A stretch of 64,000 bases of DNA from Leptospiraceae bacterium. Lineage in GTDB: Bacteria > Spirochaetota > Leptospiria > Leptospirales > Leptonemataceae. How positions within the stretch are numbered: the stretch's first letter is position 1; each line of letters starts with the position of its first letter. A program made the position numbers and the translations under genes. Below, one piece after another: positions 41,373 through 51,437 of this stretch. The notes beneath the pieces were generated by a model that worked only from the letters and a program-made list of their open reading frames with translations, ran no database searches and was not told the DNA's origin. Location of the stretch: NCBI GenBank assembly GCA_040217195.1, contig JAVJNR010000009.1, positions 1-64,000 of the forward strand, read 5' to 3'.

Positions 41373-43427
41373 ATGTTTGGTCTGGAAGGAAAATTCAAGA
41401 GTCGCAACTGGAGCGAATCTAGGTTAGCTCCAATGGTGGCTTTTACGCTGCCATTGATTCTGACTCTTTCCATGCTGGTTCTTGTGGTGGATTTCGAAAA
41501 CCGGAGGTACCGCCAGGAGTTGCGAGCCAGGATGACCGATCAGCTCAGCGAACTTCGGGGACGCATGGAATCTGAAATCAATAAGACCATGTATTTGACC
41601 CGGGGCCTGACTGCATTTCTGGCTGTAAATCCAAGGATCAATGCATCCGATTTTCATGCAATCGCAGAAGAGATTCTAAGCAGCAAAGCTCATATTCGCA
41701 ACATCGGGCTGGCTCCGGATAATGTGATTCGTTATGTATATCCCGTAAAGGGGAATGAAACAGCCATTGGTTTGAACTATCGCAATAACGCGGAGCAATG
41801 GCCATCGGTAGAAAGAATGATGCGTACCCAGAAGACCTCCATTGCAGGTCCGGTGGATCTGGTGCAGGGCGGCCGGGCTTTTATTGCACGAACGCCGGTA
41901 TACGTGGGTAAAGGAGAGTATGCCAGGTACTGGGGCCTGGTCAGCGTAGTTATCGACACTCCTTCTTTGCTATCAGCATCAGGTCTGGGCGAAGAGCAAT
42001 GGAATTATCTGGCCATTCGAGGAACCGATGGGCAGGGCTCCAGAGGAGAGGTTTTCTGGGGCGATGAATCTGTCTTTGACTCGGATCCGGTTCTTTTGAA
42101 TGTTCGCCTGCCCGAAGGATCCTGGCAGCTGGGTGCCATTCCCCGGGAAGGCTGGAAGCAGCAATCTCCGGGTCTGTGGCTAATCTGGACCATTGGAAGC
42201 GCTGCCTGTCTGTTACTCTCCACCGGGCTCTATCTCTGGGTATTTCGCCAGAGAAGTCGGTATATAGAATTAAGACGGATTACCACCGTTGCAGAAGCCG
42301 CCAGCAAAGCCAAATCTGAATTTCTGGCAAATATGAGTCATGAAATTCGCACTCCTTTAAATGCCACACTGGGATTTGCAGATTTACTGGACGATGAACT
42401 CACTGATCCGCAGCAGCGACAGTATCTTAGTGCCATAAGAAAGAACGGTAGATCTCTACTGAATCTTCTAAACGATATTCTGGATCTTTCCCGCATTGAA
42501 GCAGGTAAGCTTCAGATTAATCCGGTTAGTTGTGACTGGCGTCAGCTTTGCGATGAGATACGAGATGTATTCGCCTATATGATTCAGCAAAAAGGACTGA
42601 GCTGGATATCAGACTACCAGGATAATCTGCCCAGGTGGATACTTACCGATGAACATCGCCTGCGTCAGATACTTCTTAACCTTGCCGGAAATGCAGTTAA
42701 ATTCACAGATTCCGGGTCTGTAACCCTGAGAGTTCGGGGCCACAAAGACAATGATGATCAGTACACCTATGAATTCCAGGTAATCGATACAGGTCCGGGT
42801 ATTGCGGAGCCGCAGAAAATTCGAATTTTTGAAGCCTTTGTTCAGGATAAGGCCATTCGCAGGGAGAGACAGGAGGGTTCAGGTCTGGGATTGACCATTT
42901 CCAGCCGGCTGGCCCATCTACTGGGCGGTCATATTGAACTGGAAAGCGAAATCGGTCGTGGCAGCCACTTCACTCTGGTTCTGGATCGCATACTTGCGGC
43001 GCAGAGAGTTGGACTTTCTGCCGAGGCTCAGCAATCCGGGAAGCCCTATTTTAACGGTCAGAAAGTATTGCTCGTAGACGATAACGAGGATAATCGAACC
43101 CTGGTATCTCATTACTTGAAGGATGAGCGTCTGAAGTTGATCCAGGCAATCAATGGAGCGGAAGGCCTGGAGATGGCTCGCAGAGAGCTTCCGGACATTA
43201 TTCTTCTGGATCTGCATATGCCAGTCATGGATGGTTATGAAATGCTATCACTTCTTAGAGCCGAATCGGAAATTCGCTCCATACCTGTAATCCTATTCAC
43301 GGCTGATGCAATGGAAGAAAACATAAATCGTATGAAATCCTATCGAACTGCAGACATACTTACCAAACCACTATCTAGAAAGAGGCTACTTACCAGTTTG
43401 CATAAACAGCTGGACCGAAACCTATAG
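41373..43427 (+). CDS. Hybrid sensor histidine kinase (CHASE-HisKA-HATPase-REC)
   Basis: AGPVDLVQGG CHASE; FLANMSHEIRTPLN; N, G1 and G2 boxes; VLLVDD...DLHMPVMDG...KP. Confidence 0.95.
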   Translation: MFGLEGKFKSRNWSESRLAPMVAFTLPLILTLSMLVLVVDFENRRYRQELRARMTDQLSELRGRMESEINKTMYLTRGLTAFLAVNPRINASDFHAIAEEILSSKAHIRNIGLAPDNVIRYVYPVKGNETAIGLNYRNNAEQWPSVERMMRTQKTSIAGPVDLVQGGRAFIARTPVYVGKGEYARYWGLVSVVIDTPSLLSASGLGEEQWNYLAIRGTDGQGSRGEVFWGDESVFDSDPVLLNVRLPEGSWQLGAIPREGWKQQSPGLWLIWTIGSAACLLLSTGLYLWVFRQRSRYIELRRITTVAEAASKAKSEFLANMSHEIRTPLNATLGFADLLDDELTDPQQRQYLSAIRKNGRSLLNLLNDILDLSRIEAGKLQINPVSCDWRQLCDEIRDVFAYMIQQKGLSWISDYQDNLPRWILTDEHRLRQILLNLAGNAVKFTDSGSVTLRVRGHKDNDDQYTYEFQVIDTGPGIAEPQKIRIFEAFVQDKAIRRERQEGSGLGLTISSRLAHLLGGHIELESEIGRGSHFTLVLDRILAAQRVGLSAEAQQSGKPYFNGQKVLLVDDNEDNRTLVSHYLKDERLKLIQAINGAEGLEMARRELPDIILLDLHMPVMDGYEMLSLLRAESEIRSIPVILFTADAMEENINRMKSYRTADILTKPLSRKRLLTSLHKQLDRNL

Positions 43428-43487
43428 ATAGACATCAATACCTCTCTGCGAAGTGGTAATAATGCGTGGTTGCGCAAAGAGCTAGTT

Positions 43488-44324
43488 TCATGCACCAATG
43501 TGATTGCTACTGCGAAGCCAGAAATTTACAGCCTGGGGCAGAAACAGTATAGAAGCTTCAATTACCAGTTCCGGTGCCAGCCAACCGAACCGGGCATTTC
43601 CAGCATAGATCATTGCCTGAATGGATAATACTAGAATGATGGCCGGGTAGGGAAGGTGCCTGTTTCGCATCTTACTTTGAAATAACGGTCTGGCCAGTTC
43701 CCGTCCTCGGAAGCGAATGCAGGTAAATGCTATCATAATAAATTTGGCTGCAAACCAGAGATGGAAAGCAAGATAGAGAGCCAGCATACTTCCCATCAGC
43801 AGATCAAAGAAGCCCGGCTGCTGGTTTTCCGGAAGAGCCATGGTTACATAGATCCTCTGAAACTGTAATAGCGTTACTGTAATCAATAGGAAAAGAAATA
43901 GCCCATATCCCAGCATGGGAGCCAGAAGGGAATCCTGGTTTCTATGGCGTAGCAGCAGCGTTAGGACCGGAATAATAGTCAGGATAAGCCAGAACGGATG
44001 CCAGGCATGAATGAATAGTAGATATAATACAGCCAGGCTAAGAAATAGCAGACTTTCTTCATTAATGGATTGCAAAAGTCGTGCATTCAAGAATCCATAA
44101 AATGGAGCTACAAACAGGAAAGACAGTAATGCGAATCCGGAAATATCGCCTGTTTCGCTTCGATCCAGAAAAAGCATCAGAATCAGCTCCACTGAAACCG
44201 GTAGAATACACCAGATGATTGCCAGCAGAGTCACTTTCTTCCAGTGATCTTGCCTCAAAGTTGCGGAAGATAACAGAAAGGTCTGAAGTGCGAATCCGAT
44301 AGAAATGGCCGCAACCAGAGTCAT
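43488..44324 (-). CDS. Hypothetical polytopic membrane protein
   Basis: Many hydrophobic segments; ATG 44324 overlaps the upstream TGA (ATGA). Confidence 0.7.
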   Translation of the reverse strand: MTLVAAISIGFALQTFLLSSATLRQDHWKKVTLLAIIWCILPVSVELILMLFLDRSETGDISGFALLSFLFVAPFYGFLNARLLQSINEESLLFLSLAVLYLLFIHAWHPFWLILTIIPVLTLLLRHRNQDSLLAPMLGYGLFLFLLITVTLLQFQRIYVTMALPENQQPGFFDLLMGSMLALYLAFHLWFAAKFIMIAFTCIRFRGRELARPLFQSKMRNRHLPYPAIILVLSIQAMIYAGNARFGWLAPELVIEASILFLPQAVNFWLRSSNHIGA

Positions 44325-44860
44325 CCGATTTTCTTCCTGGCCTTGTCCAGCTTGAGAGAATCTTGCGGCGCCTCGGTTGTTCCTGCGTATAGAAGTTCCG
44401 GTCCAAAAATCAGACAAATCGCTCCCAGAATCCAGAAAATAGCAGGGGCCAGAATGTCGTTCAAGTCTCGTGGCGCATGAGGCATGGCATTGCGCAACAG
44501 GATGTAGTCCGGTTCACTGGTTTTGACATACGCAGAGATTTCGGTGCCCTGCTTCAGGTATTCAGCCTGAGAGCCAAAAACCGGTCTGGACTTCGCTTTA
44601 TAGGTTTTTCCTTCCAGGAGATATTGAACGGTAAGGAGGATGCCCACCGGTGGTTCCCAGGGCAGTGGTTCTGGATTCTCATATCGCTGGACCTCCAATA
44701 CCTTGCCTTCTACGGGAACTCCATGATCCAGAAAGCCCCGGGCTTCCGGATCATACTCCAGGACGATAACCACTGAAATCAGACCGCCAATAAATGCCAG
44801 TAGCAGGCCAAGAAGGCCCAGGATGGCTCCTCCGCCTGTGGGTACGGGATTGGATTCCAT
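44321..44860 (-). CDS. DUF3592-like membrane protein
   Basis: TM, then G.PVEGKV...V.Y...G..Y...G.EI..Y....P, then TM. Confidence 0.6.
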   Translation of the reverse strand: MESNPVPTGGGAILGLLGLLLAFIGGLISVVIVLEYDPEARGFLDHGVPVEGKVLEVQRYENPEPLPWEPPVGILLTVQYLLEGKTYKAKSRPVFGSQAEYLKQGTEISAYVKTSEPDYILLRNAMPHAPRDLNDILAPAIFWILGAICLIFGPELLYAGTTEAPQDSLKLDKARKKIG

Positions 44861-45161
44861 ATTGAAATTCTATTTCAGATGGATTCCCGGGCAAGCAAAT
44901 CAACACCCTCCGGTTTAAGAGTCTTACTTTTTGGCTGCAGCAGGTCCGGTTCAATCCGAATACAAGTATCTCGGTACGGGCCTTTCGGTTTAAGGTTGCA
45001 TCAGATAAAGTTAGTCCAATCAGACTTCAGGACTTAAGGATGCGACACCGCAAGGCGAAAATAAATCGCGGCAATTCTCATCTCCGGCTTGACTAATTTT
45101 TATAGTCTGTAGCCTTCTGTTCTCCTCTCGGCGAAAACCGAATTACTGATTGGAGGTTTTT

Positions 45162-45923
45162 ATGTCAGAATCTGAACAGAGTTTTCTATCCCGTATCAAG
45201 AGTAACCTGGAAGTGGTGGCCACTATTCTTCTGGGGCTTGGTACCATACTGGCGGCTTTCGCCGCCTATCAATCCGCACTCTGGGGCGGCAATTGTCTTA
45301 CAGCCTACAACCAGGCTGTGATTAGCTTCGGAAATGCGAACCGAGAATACCTGAACGGTGCCCTTGCTACAAGCTTCGATACCATGGTATACCTGGAGTA
45401 TTTACGCGAAGATCCCCGTACTGCCGAAGATGTGGACAAAATGATTTCCAAAGATATGGTAAGAGCCATCGCCTGGGCAGACAATTCCTACTCCAAAAAG
45501 ATCGATGCACTGGCATACGGTGAGGAAGGTAAAATCGAAGCTGATCTGGAGGCGAAGTGGGAAGCCTTCGAAGAGCTGGAAGAGGAGTCTCCGGACCGAG
45601 AAAAGGTACTGTCTGAGATTTATGACCTGGAAGCGAAGATTGCCTACCTGCCTTTTCTGGAAAGCCCACGATATAAGATATCCAGGCGGTCTCCTGGAGA
45701 TACTCTTGCAAAAGAAGCCCAGGCAAAAATGGAAGAGGGGATTAAAGCCAATCAGACCGGAGATGCCTTTACTCTGGTTACTGTATACTTTACCATTGCA
45801 CTGTTCTTCGCAGGACTTGCAGCTGTGTTAAGGGATGATCGCACCAGACTGAGCCTGCTGGGTCTTTCCAGTGCGGTATTTTTATTTTCCTTGCTGCGAA
45901 TGCTTCTATTACCCTTTGCGTAG
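45162..45923 (+). CDS. DUF4337-like membrane protein
   Basis: GGAGG SD; ATILL...A..AYQS..W N-terminal TM, helical loop, two C-terminal TMs. Confidence 0.6.
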   Translation: MSESEQSFLSRIKSNLEVVATILLGLGTILAAFAAYQSALWGGNCLTAYNQAVISFGNANREYLNGALATSFDTMVYLEYLREDPRTAEDVDKMISKDMVRAIAWADNSYSKKIDALAYGEEGKIEADLEAKWEAFEELEEESPDREKVLSEIYDLEAKIAYLPFLESPRYKISRRSPGDTLAKEAQAKMEEGIKANQTGDAFTLVTVYFTIALFFAGLAAVLRDDRTRLSLLGLSSAVFLFSLLRMLLLPFA

Positions 45924-45936
45924 TTGGCGAATATAT

Positions 45937-45952
45937 CCGGGCTCAAGCCCGG
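45937..45952. terminator. Short hairpin between convergent genes
   Basis: CCGGGC-TCAA-GCCCGG. Confidence 0.35.
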
Positions 45953-45967
45953 CCCATCCATGCTAGA

Positions 45968-46477
45968 TTACTTCTTCGCTTCTTCGGGTTCCATAGAATC
46001 GGAAGAGCGAAGAGGCCTTCGCAATCCACCGGGGAAATAAAGCAAGAATAAGATACCCAGAATTACAAGACCGGCGCCAATCAGTGGGACATGGATGTAT
46101 TGCAGACGCTCGTTGTCGGGAACCGTAAGAAACCAGATAATTGTGCCTGAAATGCCAATTGCAGAAAAGAATAATGCAAAGTACAGATAGGCTCTGGGTG
46201 AGACCAGCATGGCCACGGCCCATCGAGTGCCCAGAAGTAGACCTGCAATGAGCAACACAAAGGACAGAGTCTGAAACAGGGCCACCAGAAAGGGGCTTTC
46301 TCTGGAAGAGAAGCACCAGCTACTGGACACACAGAAAGGAAATTCTGCAGTTGCCAGGTTCAGTATTGCACAAATACAGAATATTGCCGCAATTCCCAGT
46401 CCAGCCCAGATCAGACGCTTTCTGCCACTGGCGGAAACCTCCGCCGAATTCTCTTTTTCTCTCCATTGATCTGACAT
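45968..46477 (-). CDS. Hypothetical membrane protein
   Basis: About four TM segments. Confidence 0.6.
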   Translation of the reverse strand: MSDQWREKENSAEVSASGRKRLIWAGLGIAAIFCICAILNLATAEFPFCVSSSWCFSSRESPFLVALFQTLSFVLLIAGLLLGTRWAVAMLVSPRAYLYFALFFSAIGISGTIIWFLTVPDNERLQYIHVPLIGAGLVILGILFLLYFPGGLRRPLRSSDSMEPEEAKK

Positions 46478-46578
46478 GGTAGCAATGTAAGTTTGCAGAG
46501 CGGACTGGCAAGTGGATTGATAATCCAGGAGGTAACCGAAAACATCCTGGCAACGAATCCCCCGAGAGTCACATCGCT

Positions 46579-47736
46579 ATGAAAAAAACTGCATCGGCCC
46601 TGATTCGGCCTTTCTACTATTCTATATTGCCATTTCTCCTCTTATTTCTGGCTGCTGGATTCTATCTGAATTGCGCCAGCTTTGGGCAGAAGCCGGAAGG
46701 CAACCGTCTGGAAAGAATTCAAAAATCGGAGCAATATGGAGAGGAAGGCTTTGTAAATGTGCATGAGGCACCGGAAAGTCCGGCTTTTCTGGCGGTGGCC
46801 TGGGAATTTCTGACAAACGATGAGCCCATAGAACCGCAGAAGGCATTATCCATACAGAAGCGAACCAGGGCGGATTTCCAGGAGCCCCCTGAGAATGGAC
46901 TTCGGATTACCTGGTTCGGGCATTCTTCTATTTTGCTGGAAATTGATGGCTCCATGGTTCTTATCGATCCTGTCTGGGGCGAAAGGGTTTCCCCTGTATC
47001 CTTTATTGGTCCTGCAAGATTTCATGAAAACCCTATCTCGCTGGAAGAACTTATTCAATTGCCCATCGATGCTGTGGTGATTTCGCATGATCACTATGAC
47101 CATTTAGATTATCCAACTATACAGGCCCTGGCACGAACCGGGACTAAGTTCCTGGTGCCTCTGGGGGTGGGATCGCATCTGGAGCACTGGGGTATAGAGG
47201 AATCCAGGATCGAGGAACTGGACTGGTGGGATGAAGTAAAAATAGGCCCCATCACATTTGTGGCCACTCCGGCTCAGCACTTCTCTGGACGAACCCTTTC
47301 CGATCGGGATAAAACCCTGTGGAGTAGCTGGGCCATTCTTGGACCGGAGCATCGTATCTTCTATTCTGGCGATACAGGTTACTTCGAAGCTTTCAAAGAA
47401 ATTGGCGAAAGACTGGGACCCTTTGATGTTTCGCTTATGGCTATAGGCGCTTATGATGATCGATGGGCCTTTGTGCATTTTACACCGGAGGAAGCTCTAC
47501 AGGCCCATAAGGATGTACGGGCCAGGAAATTTGTACCGGTGCACTGGGGAACCTTTAATCTGGCATTCCATGGATGGACAGAGCCAGCTGAGAGAACCCT
47601 GCAGTCTGCCAGACAGGACCAGATTGAAGTCTGGACTCCCAGACCAGGACAGAGTCTTTCGCCTCCTGTGGATATTGCCACCGGTCGCTGGTGGGATGCA
47701 TCCCTGGAAAAGCTGGCCGAGTTTTCGGATCGCTGA
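46579..47736 (+). CDS. MBL-fold metallohydrolase (RomA/NAPE-PLD-like)
   Basis: TWFGHSS, DPVW, SHDHYDHLD, PAQHFSGR, SGDTGY, IGAY, PVHWGTF. Confidence 0.92.
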   Translation: MKKTASALIRPFYYSILPFLLLFLAAGFYLNCASFGQKPEGNRLERIQKSEQYGEEGFVNVHEAPESPAFLAVAWEFLTNDEPIEPQKALSIQKRTRADFQEPPENGLRITWFGHSSILLEIDGSMVLIDPVWGERVSPVSFIGPARFHENPISLEELIQLPIDAVVISHDHYDHLDYPTIQALARTGTKFLVPLGVGSHLEHWGIEESRIEELDWWDEVKIGPITFVATPAQHFSGRTLSDRDKTLWSSWAILGPEHRIFYSGDTGYFEAFKEIGERLGPFDVSLMAIGAYDDRWAFVHFTPEEALQAHKDVRARKFVPVHWGTFNLAFHGWTEPAERTLQSARQDQIEVWTPRPGQSLSPPVDIATGRWWDASLEKLAEFSDR

Positions 47737-47867
47737 GCGTCTGAATTGAATCATGGCCGGACCAGAAATCCAGAGTGATCCGGAATTACAAATCATTACA
47801 GGTGTGTGACCAGGGATCGTACGGTTCTTCGCGGTAGTATCTTTGCTGCTTGTAACTTCGATTCTTT

Positions 47868-48347
47868 GTGGAATCAGTTCAGCCGGTAAACCATGAATTT
47901 ATGGAAGAGTTCCTGATGGACCTGGCCCGGACGATCCGGGGTAGCAGCAATGCACAAATTACCGTGGGGCAGGTATCCCCTGGCTGGCCCCGGGCCTGGA
48001 ATCGCCTGGAGCTGGATTTCTACCAGTGGCACCTATACTCCTGGATGGAACAGAAAGACATTTATCGAACTAAAGCTCCGTATGCAGAACTCTGTGCTCC
48101 TGTTGTTCTGGGAGAAATACCTATGGCTCCCCTGGATTCCCATACAGTTTTGAATACAGTTGAAGAATCCCGGGGTATTCAGCCGGAAGGCTTCTCTAGA
48201 ATGATTGCAGAAATGCGAATGAATGGTTGGGCCGGCGCCTGGATATGGTCCTATCAGGGCCGAGTGCCTGCAGGGGCCAGGTTACCAGAGTTTGAGACAG
48301 AAACTGTAAAAAATCAGGAGGTCTTTCTCCTTGACTTACTCCAGTAG
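47868..48347 (+). pseudogene. C-terminal fragment of a clan GH-A (GH5-like) glycoside hydrolase
   Basis: ITVG, LDFYQWHLY, PVVLGE, GWAGAWIWSY match barrel strands 5-8; in-frame TAA at 47853; no NEP motif. Confidence 0.5.
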
Positions 48348-48370
48348 CGTAGTACATACCGGTCTGTTCC

Positions 48371-48814
48371 ATGCGTTATACAACTGCAACAATCATTGAA
48401 GCGCCCATAAAATCGGTGGCTCCTTACGTGGCGGATCCGGATCATTTTCCGGACTGGATGGAAGGACTTCAGTCCTATGAACAGATTTCTGGGCGTCCAG
48501 GTCAGATAGGAAGCAAAGCCAGGCTGACTTTCAAGATTGGCAACCGTACCATCGTAATGACTGAAACCGTGGAGATTAATACTCTGCCAGATGAGTACCG
48601 AGTACTCTATGAAACAGATGGAGTATGGAATCGTGTGCGCAATCTATTTGTGGGTCTGCCCGACGGTCGCACCAGATATGAAAATGACAGTGAATTCCGA
48701 TTCAAGGGTCTGATGGCGCTTCTTTCTATCTTTATGAAGGGAAGCTTCAAGAAGCAGACACGAAAGTATCAGGAAGACTTCAAGAGATTTGTAGAGAAAA
48801 AAGCGTCGGGCTGA
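48371..48814 (+). CDS. SRPBCC family protein
   Basis: I.API..V...V.DP..FPDW..G; C-terminal helix FKRFVE. Confidence 0.85.
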   Translation: MRYTTATIIEAPIKSVAPYVADPDHFPDWMEGLQSYEQISGRPGQIGSKARLTFKIGNRTIVMTETVEINTLPDEYRVLYETDGVWNRVRNLFVGLPDGRTRYENDSEFRFKGLMALLSIFMKGSFKKQTRKYQEDFKRFVEKKASG

Positions 48815-49151
48815 AAGAGGTTATCCAGGCGTTTCCCCGGGCAGGTAATCCAGGACGAGTGCAGTGCTTTTTTAGACAGCTGATTTTGTGCCGTACCTGC
48901 GGTTTTTCTGGCAAATGCTATTCCCATTCGTAACTCTGTGGAATACACTTTATCCCTGGCGAGCCTTCGCGCGGGGCGGATAAGCCTCTTAGTTCCCCGA
49001 TTCGGTGCGCAGACGGTTCATCAATTCACCACTCTATTTGGGCCTCCGGTTGGGCGCTGGGCTATACCAATGGACTTCGACTTTCGGGTCCGGGCTTTCC
49101 ATTCGGCCATTCAGCTATGCCCACCAACCAGTAGGAAGTGGAGAAAAAGGA

Positions 49152-49176
49152 TTGACTCTTGTTAGTTTTAACTAAC
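49152..49176 (+). promoter_or_regulatory. -35 element plus perfect palindromic operator
   Basis: TTGACT (49152-49157) followed by GTTAGTT-TT-AACTAAC (49161-49176). Confidence 0.6.
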
Positions 49177-49190
49177 TATCAAAGGCTGGT

Positions 49191-49967
49191 ATGATCAAGA
49201 AGTGTGTCAGATACTGGGGCTACTTTTTTCTATTGCTGATGGTAGTGAGCTGCACGTCAGAGCGGAAAACCCTGCGCCAGATTCCCACAGAGAAGCGGCC
49301 CACTCTTGTGTTTCTGGATTTTGAAAACAATTCTCCTGGCCAACCGACTCACTTCGCTTCATTGAGGCGTGCGATTCCAGACTTAATTTTGTCTGATTTT
49401 CAGACCAGCGGTCTTTTTCGGGTCTTACGGTCCTCTGATAGAACCAGGCTGGTCCAGGAGCTTTCCTATCAGCATAGCGGAATGACCGGACCTGACCCCA
49501 TAAAGTATGGCAAACAGCTTAATGCCGATCTGGTGCTGACGGGAAGCTTTTCTACCATTGATGGTGTGGTCTCGATCACGGCAAGGGTGACGGATGTAGC
49601 CACTGGACAGGTGCTTGCATCTCATACCGTGGCAGGTCCTACCAGAAATGTGTTATTGCCTGGTGTCAGTCCTCTGAAACAGCTTTCCCTTACTCTGCTG
49701 GCAAATCTTGGCACAAGCTTGAACAATTCGGAAGAAGAGATTCTTGCTGATAGTTTTGAAACCCGGGAGATGAGTGCGCTGCTTTCTAACTATGAAGGAG
49801 AAATTCTAATGGAGAAGGCTTCTGCAAGAGAGGAGGAAGATGCGGCTACCGACCTGCGGAAAGAAGCAAGAAAGGAATTTGAGAAAGCGGCGCAGGCGGA
49901 CCCGGATTATGAGAGGCCTCGGAGAAATCTCCGGAGAATGGCCGGCTTTCTGACTCCACCACTTTAA
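49191..49967 (+). CDS. CsgG/HfaB/FlgO-like lipoprotein with C-terminal TPR-like helix pair
   Basis: Lipobox VVS-C; LDFEN, F.V..R...EL..Q.SG, GK.LNAD.VLTGS, ARV.DV.TG.V; FEKA.Q.DP.Y. Confidence 0.75.
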   Translation: MIKKCVRYWGYFFLLLMVVSCTSERKTLRQIPTEKRPTLVFLDFENNSPGQPTHFASLRRAIPDLILSDFQTSGLFRVLRSSDRTRLVQELSYQHSGMTGPDPIKYGKQLNADLVLTGSFSTIDGVVSITARVTDVATGQVLASHTVAGPTRNVLLPGVSPLKQLSLTLLANLGTSLNNSEEEILADSFETREMSALLSNYEGEILMEKASAREEEDAATDLRKEARKEFEKAAQADPDYERPRRNLRRMAGFLTPPL

Positions 49968-49969
49968 AT

Positions 49970-51025
49970 ATGGGTCGTTTCGTAGCATTCATTCTCGCCG
50001 TCATAGCTTTCTTCCCAAATTCTGCGGTTTTGTCTGAAAGCTTATACCTGGGAATACGGGGCGGCAGCCAGGTCTGGAATGCAGGATTATTCGATGCATA
50101 CAGTAAAGGGAATTTCTCTAGAGCTGTCGTATCCACCGCTTTCTCGTCTAATTTTTTTATTCAAGAATTTGATTCCGGGATTGAGAGCCTTGATCAGATC
50201 GGGGCTGGAGCGACGTATACCACCGGAGACTGGTCATTTTCTTACTATGGTCATTTCGGAATCGCAAATGCAAGCATATACTCTACGATTCATTTTGCCC
50301 GGTCCGAAGAAACCCGACAGATTCTAACTCGTATCCCATATCATCTGAATGCCAGATACAATCGCTCCGAACATGAATTGCACGCTGCGCGATCAATAGG
50401 TTCTGGTTTCTTTATTTTCTTTGGGATCAAGGCGATTCAGTTTCGCATTGATGCTTCCAAAGGTCTGGCCTGGGGCGCTGGCCTGCAATATGATCGAGAG
50501 AGCTCCTCTACCCTGGAAGAGTACACTTATTCGGCTATTCCGGTGAAAGCGAACTTTGGTATGGAAATGACCACAAGCGGTCCATTGGCTGGCCTTTCCT
50601 ATGCATTTACTCCTGGCGATTACGATGCATTGACTTTCTCGATTGGGTTCATGAAGTTGCGGGGAACCCAGTCGCTGGACAATCAGATTCAGGCACAGAT
50701 TGAGTTTTCACCCGGTCTTTTTGCCCGCTCTTCCAACAAGATTTTCTATTCGATCAGAGAGAGAAACTGGGTTGATATCAATGGCGGACTGATTGATGTA
50801 ACATATAGCTATTCAGTTTCCGATGCTCTACTCATTCGGATTTCCGCACGGTATCAGCAATACGTTCAGACCACTCGAAAGAACGATTCTTCGCTACTTC
50901 AGCTAAGTCAGCGTGATGGACTGGCTCCAACGGTACAGGCACTGAACCTCTCCACCTCGGATGGCAGCAATGTGCAGGATAGCTATTCTGGCATTACGAT
51001 TTCCATTTTGAGCAGGATCTTTTAA
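49970..51025 (+). CDS. Putative outer-membrane beta-barrel protein
   Basis: Signal peptide, alternating aromatic/Gly amphipathic strands, terminal Phe. Confidence 0.6.
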   Translation: MGRFVAFILAVIAFFPNSAVLSESLYLGIRGGSQVWNAGLFDAYSKGNFSRAVVSTAFSSNFFIQEFDSGIESLDQIGAGATYTTGDWSFSYYGHFGIANASIYSTIHFARSEETRQILTRIPYHLNARYNRSEHELHAARSIGSGFFIFFGIKAIQFRIDASKGLAWGAGLQYDRESSSTLEEYTYSAIPVKANFGMEMTTSGPLAGLSYAFTPGDYDALTFSIGFMKLRGTQSLDNQIQAQIEFSPGLFARSSNKIFYSIRERNWVDINGGLIDVTYSYSVSDALLIRISARYQQYVQTTRKNDSSLLQLSQRDGLAPTVQALNLSTSDGSNVQDSYSGITISILSRIF

Positions 51026-51026
51026 T

Positions 51027-51437
51027 ATGTGCAGCCCAATGAGATTCCCCCTGGTGGCGCTTCTCCTGGTAGCAGTGATGAGTTGTACGCCCAGTGGGAA
51101 CCTGACGGACACGCATATAGAATTGATTGCGCTTACGGCGATTATGGCAGAGAAAAGTGAAACTTATACCTTGATTCGTGTTCATAATTCTGGGCCCTCA
51201 GCATCGGGATATGAGTTTTATGAGGGGGCCGGTTGCGGCAGCATATTGGCGCTTTCAATTCCAACTGTGGCGCCTGGCGCAACATCGGACTATGCATCCA
51301 CTTCCTCCACGATATTGAGTGTGCAAAGAGTCAGTGGTAGCTTCTGTCAGGCATTTGACCCGCCATTGGAACCAGGGCCTTTTCGAACCCTGTACGATAG
51401 CGGTAGTCAAATGCGATTACTTGGAAATGCAGAGTAA
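51027..51437 (+). CDS. Small hypothetical lipoprotein
   Basis: Lipobox VMS-C; beta-rich Ser/Thr/Gly body with two Cys; 1 nt after the previous stop. Confidence 0.6.
   Translation: MCSPMRFPLVALLLVAVMSCTPSGNLTDTHIELIALTAIMAEKSETYTLIRVHNSGPSASGYEFYEGAGCGSILALSIPTVAPGATSDYASTSSTILSVQRVSGSFCQAFDPPLEPGPFRTLYDSGSQMRLLGNAE

Noticed and set aside
48815..49150. Intergenic region or 75-aa ORF as an ncRNA or gene
   Set aside because: No tRNA or riboswitch signature recognised; the ORF lacks an SD and any motif
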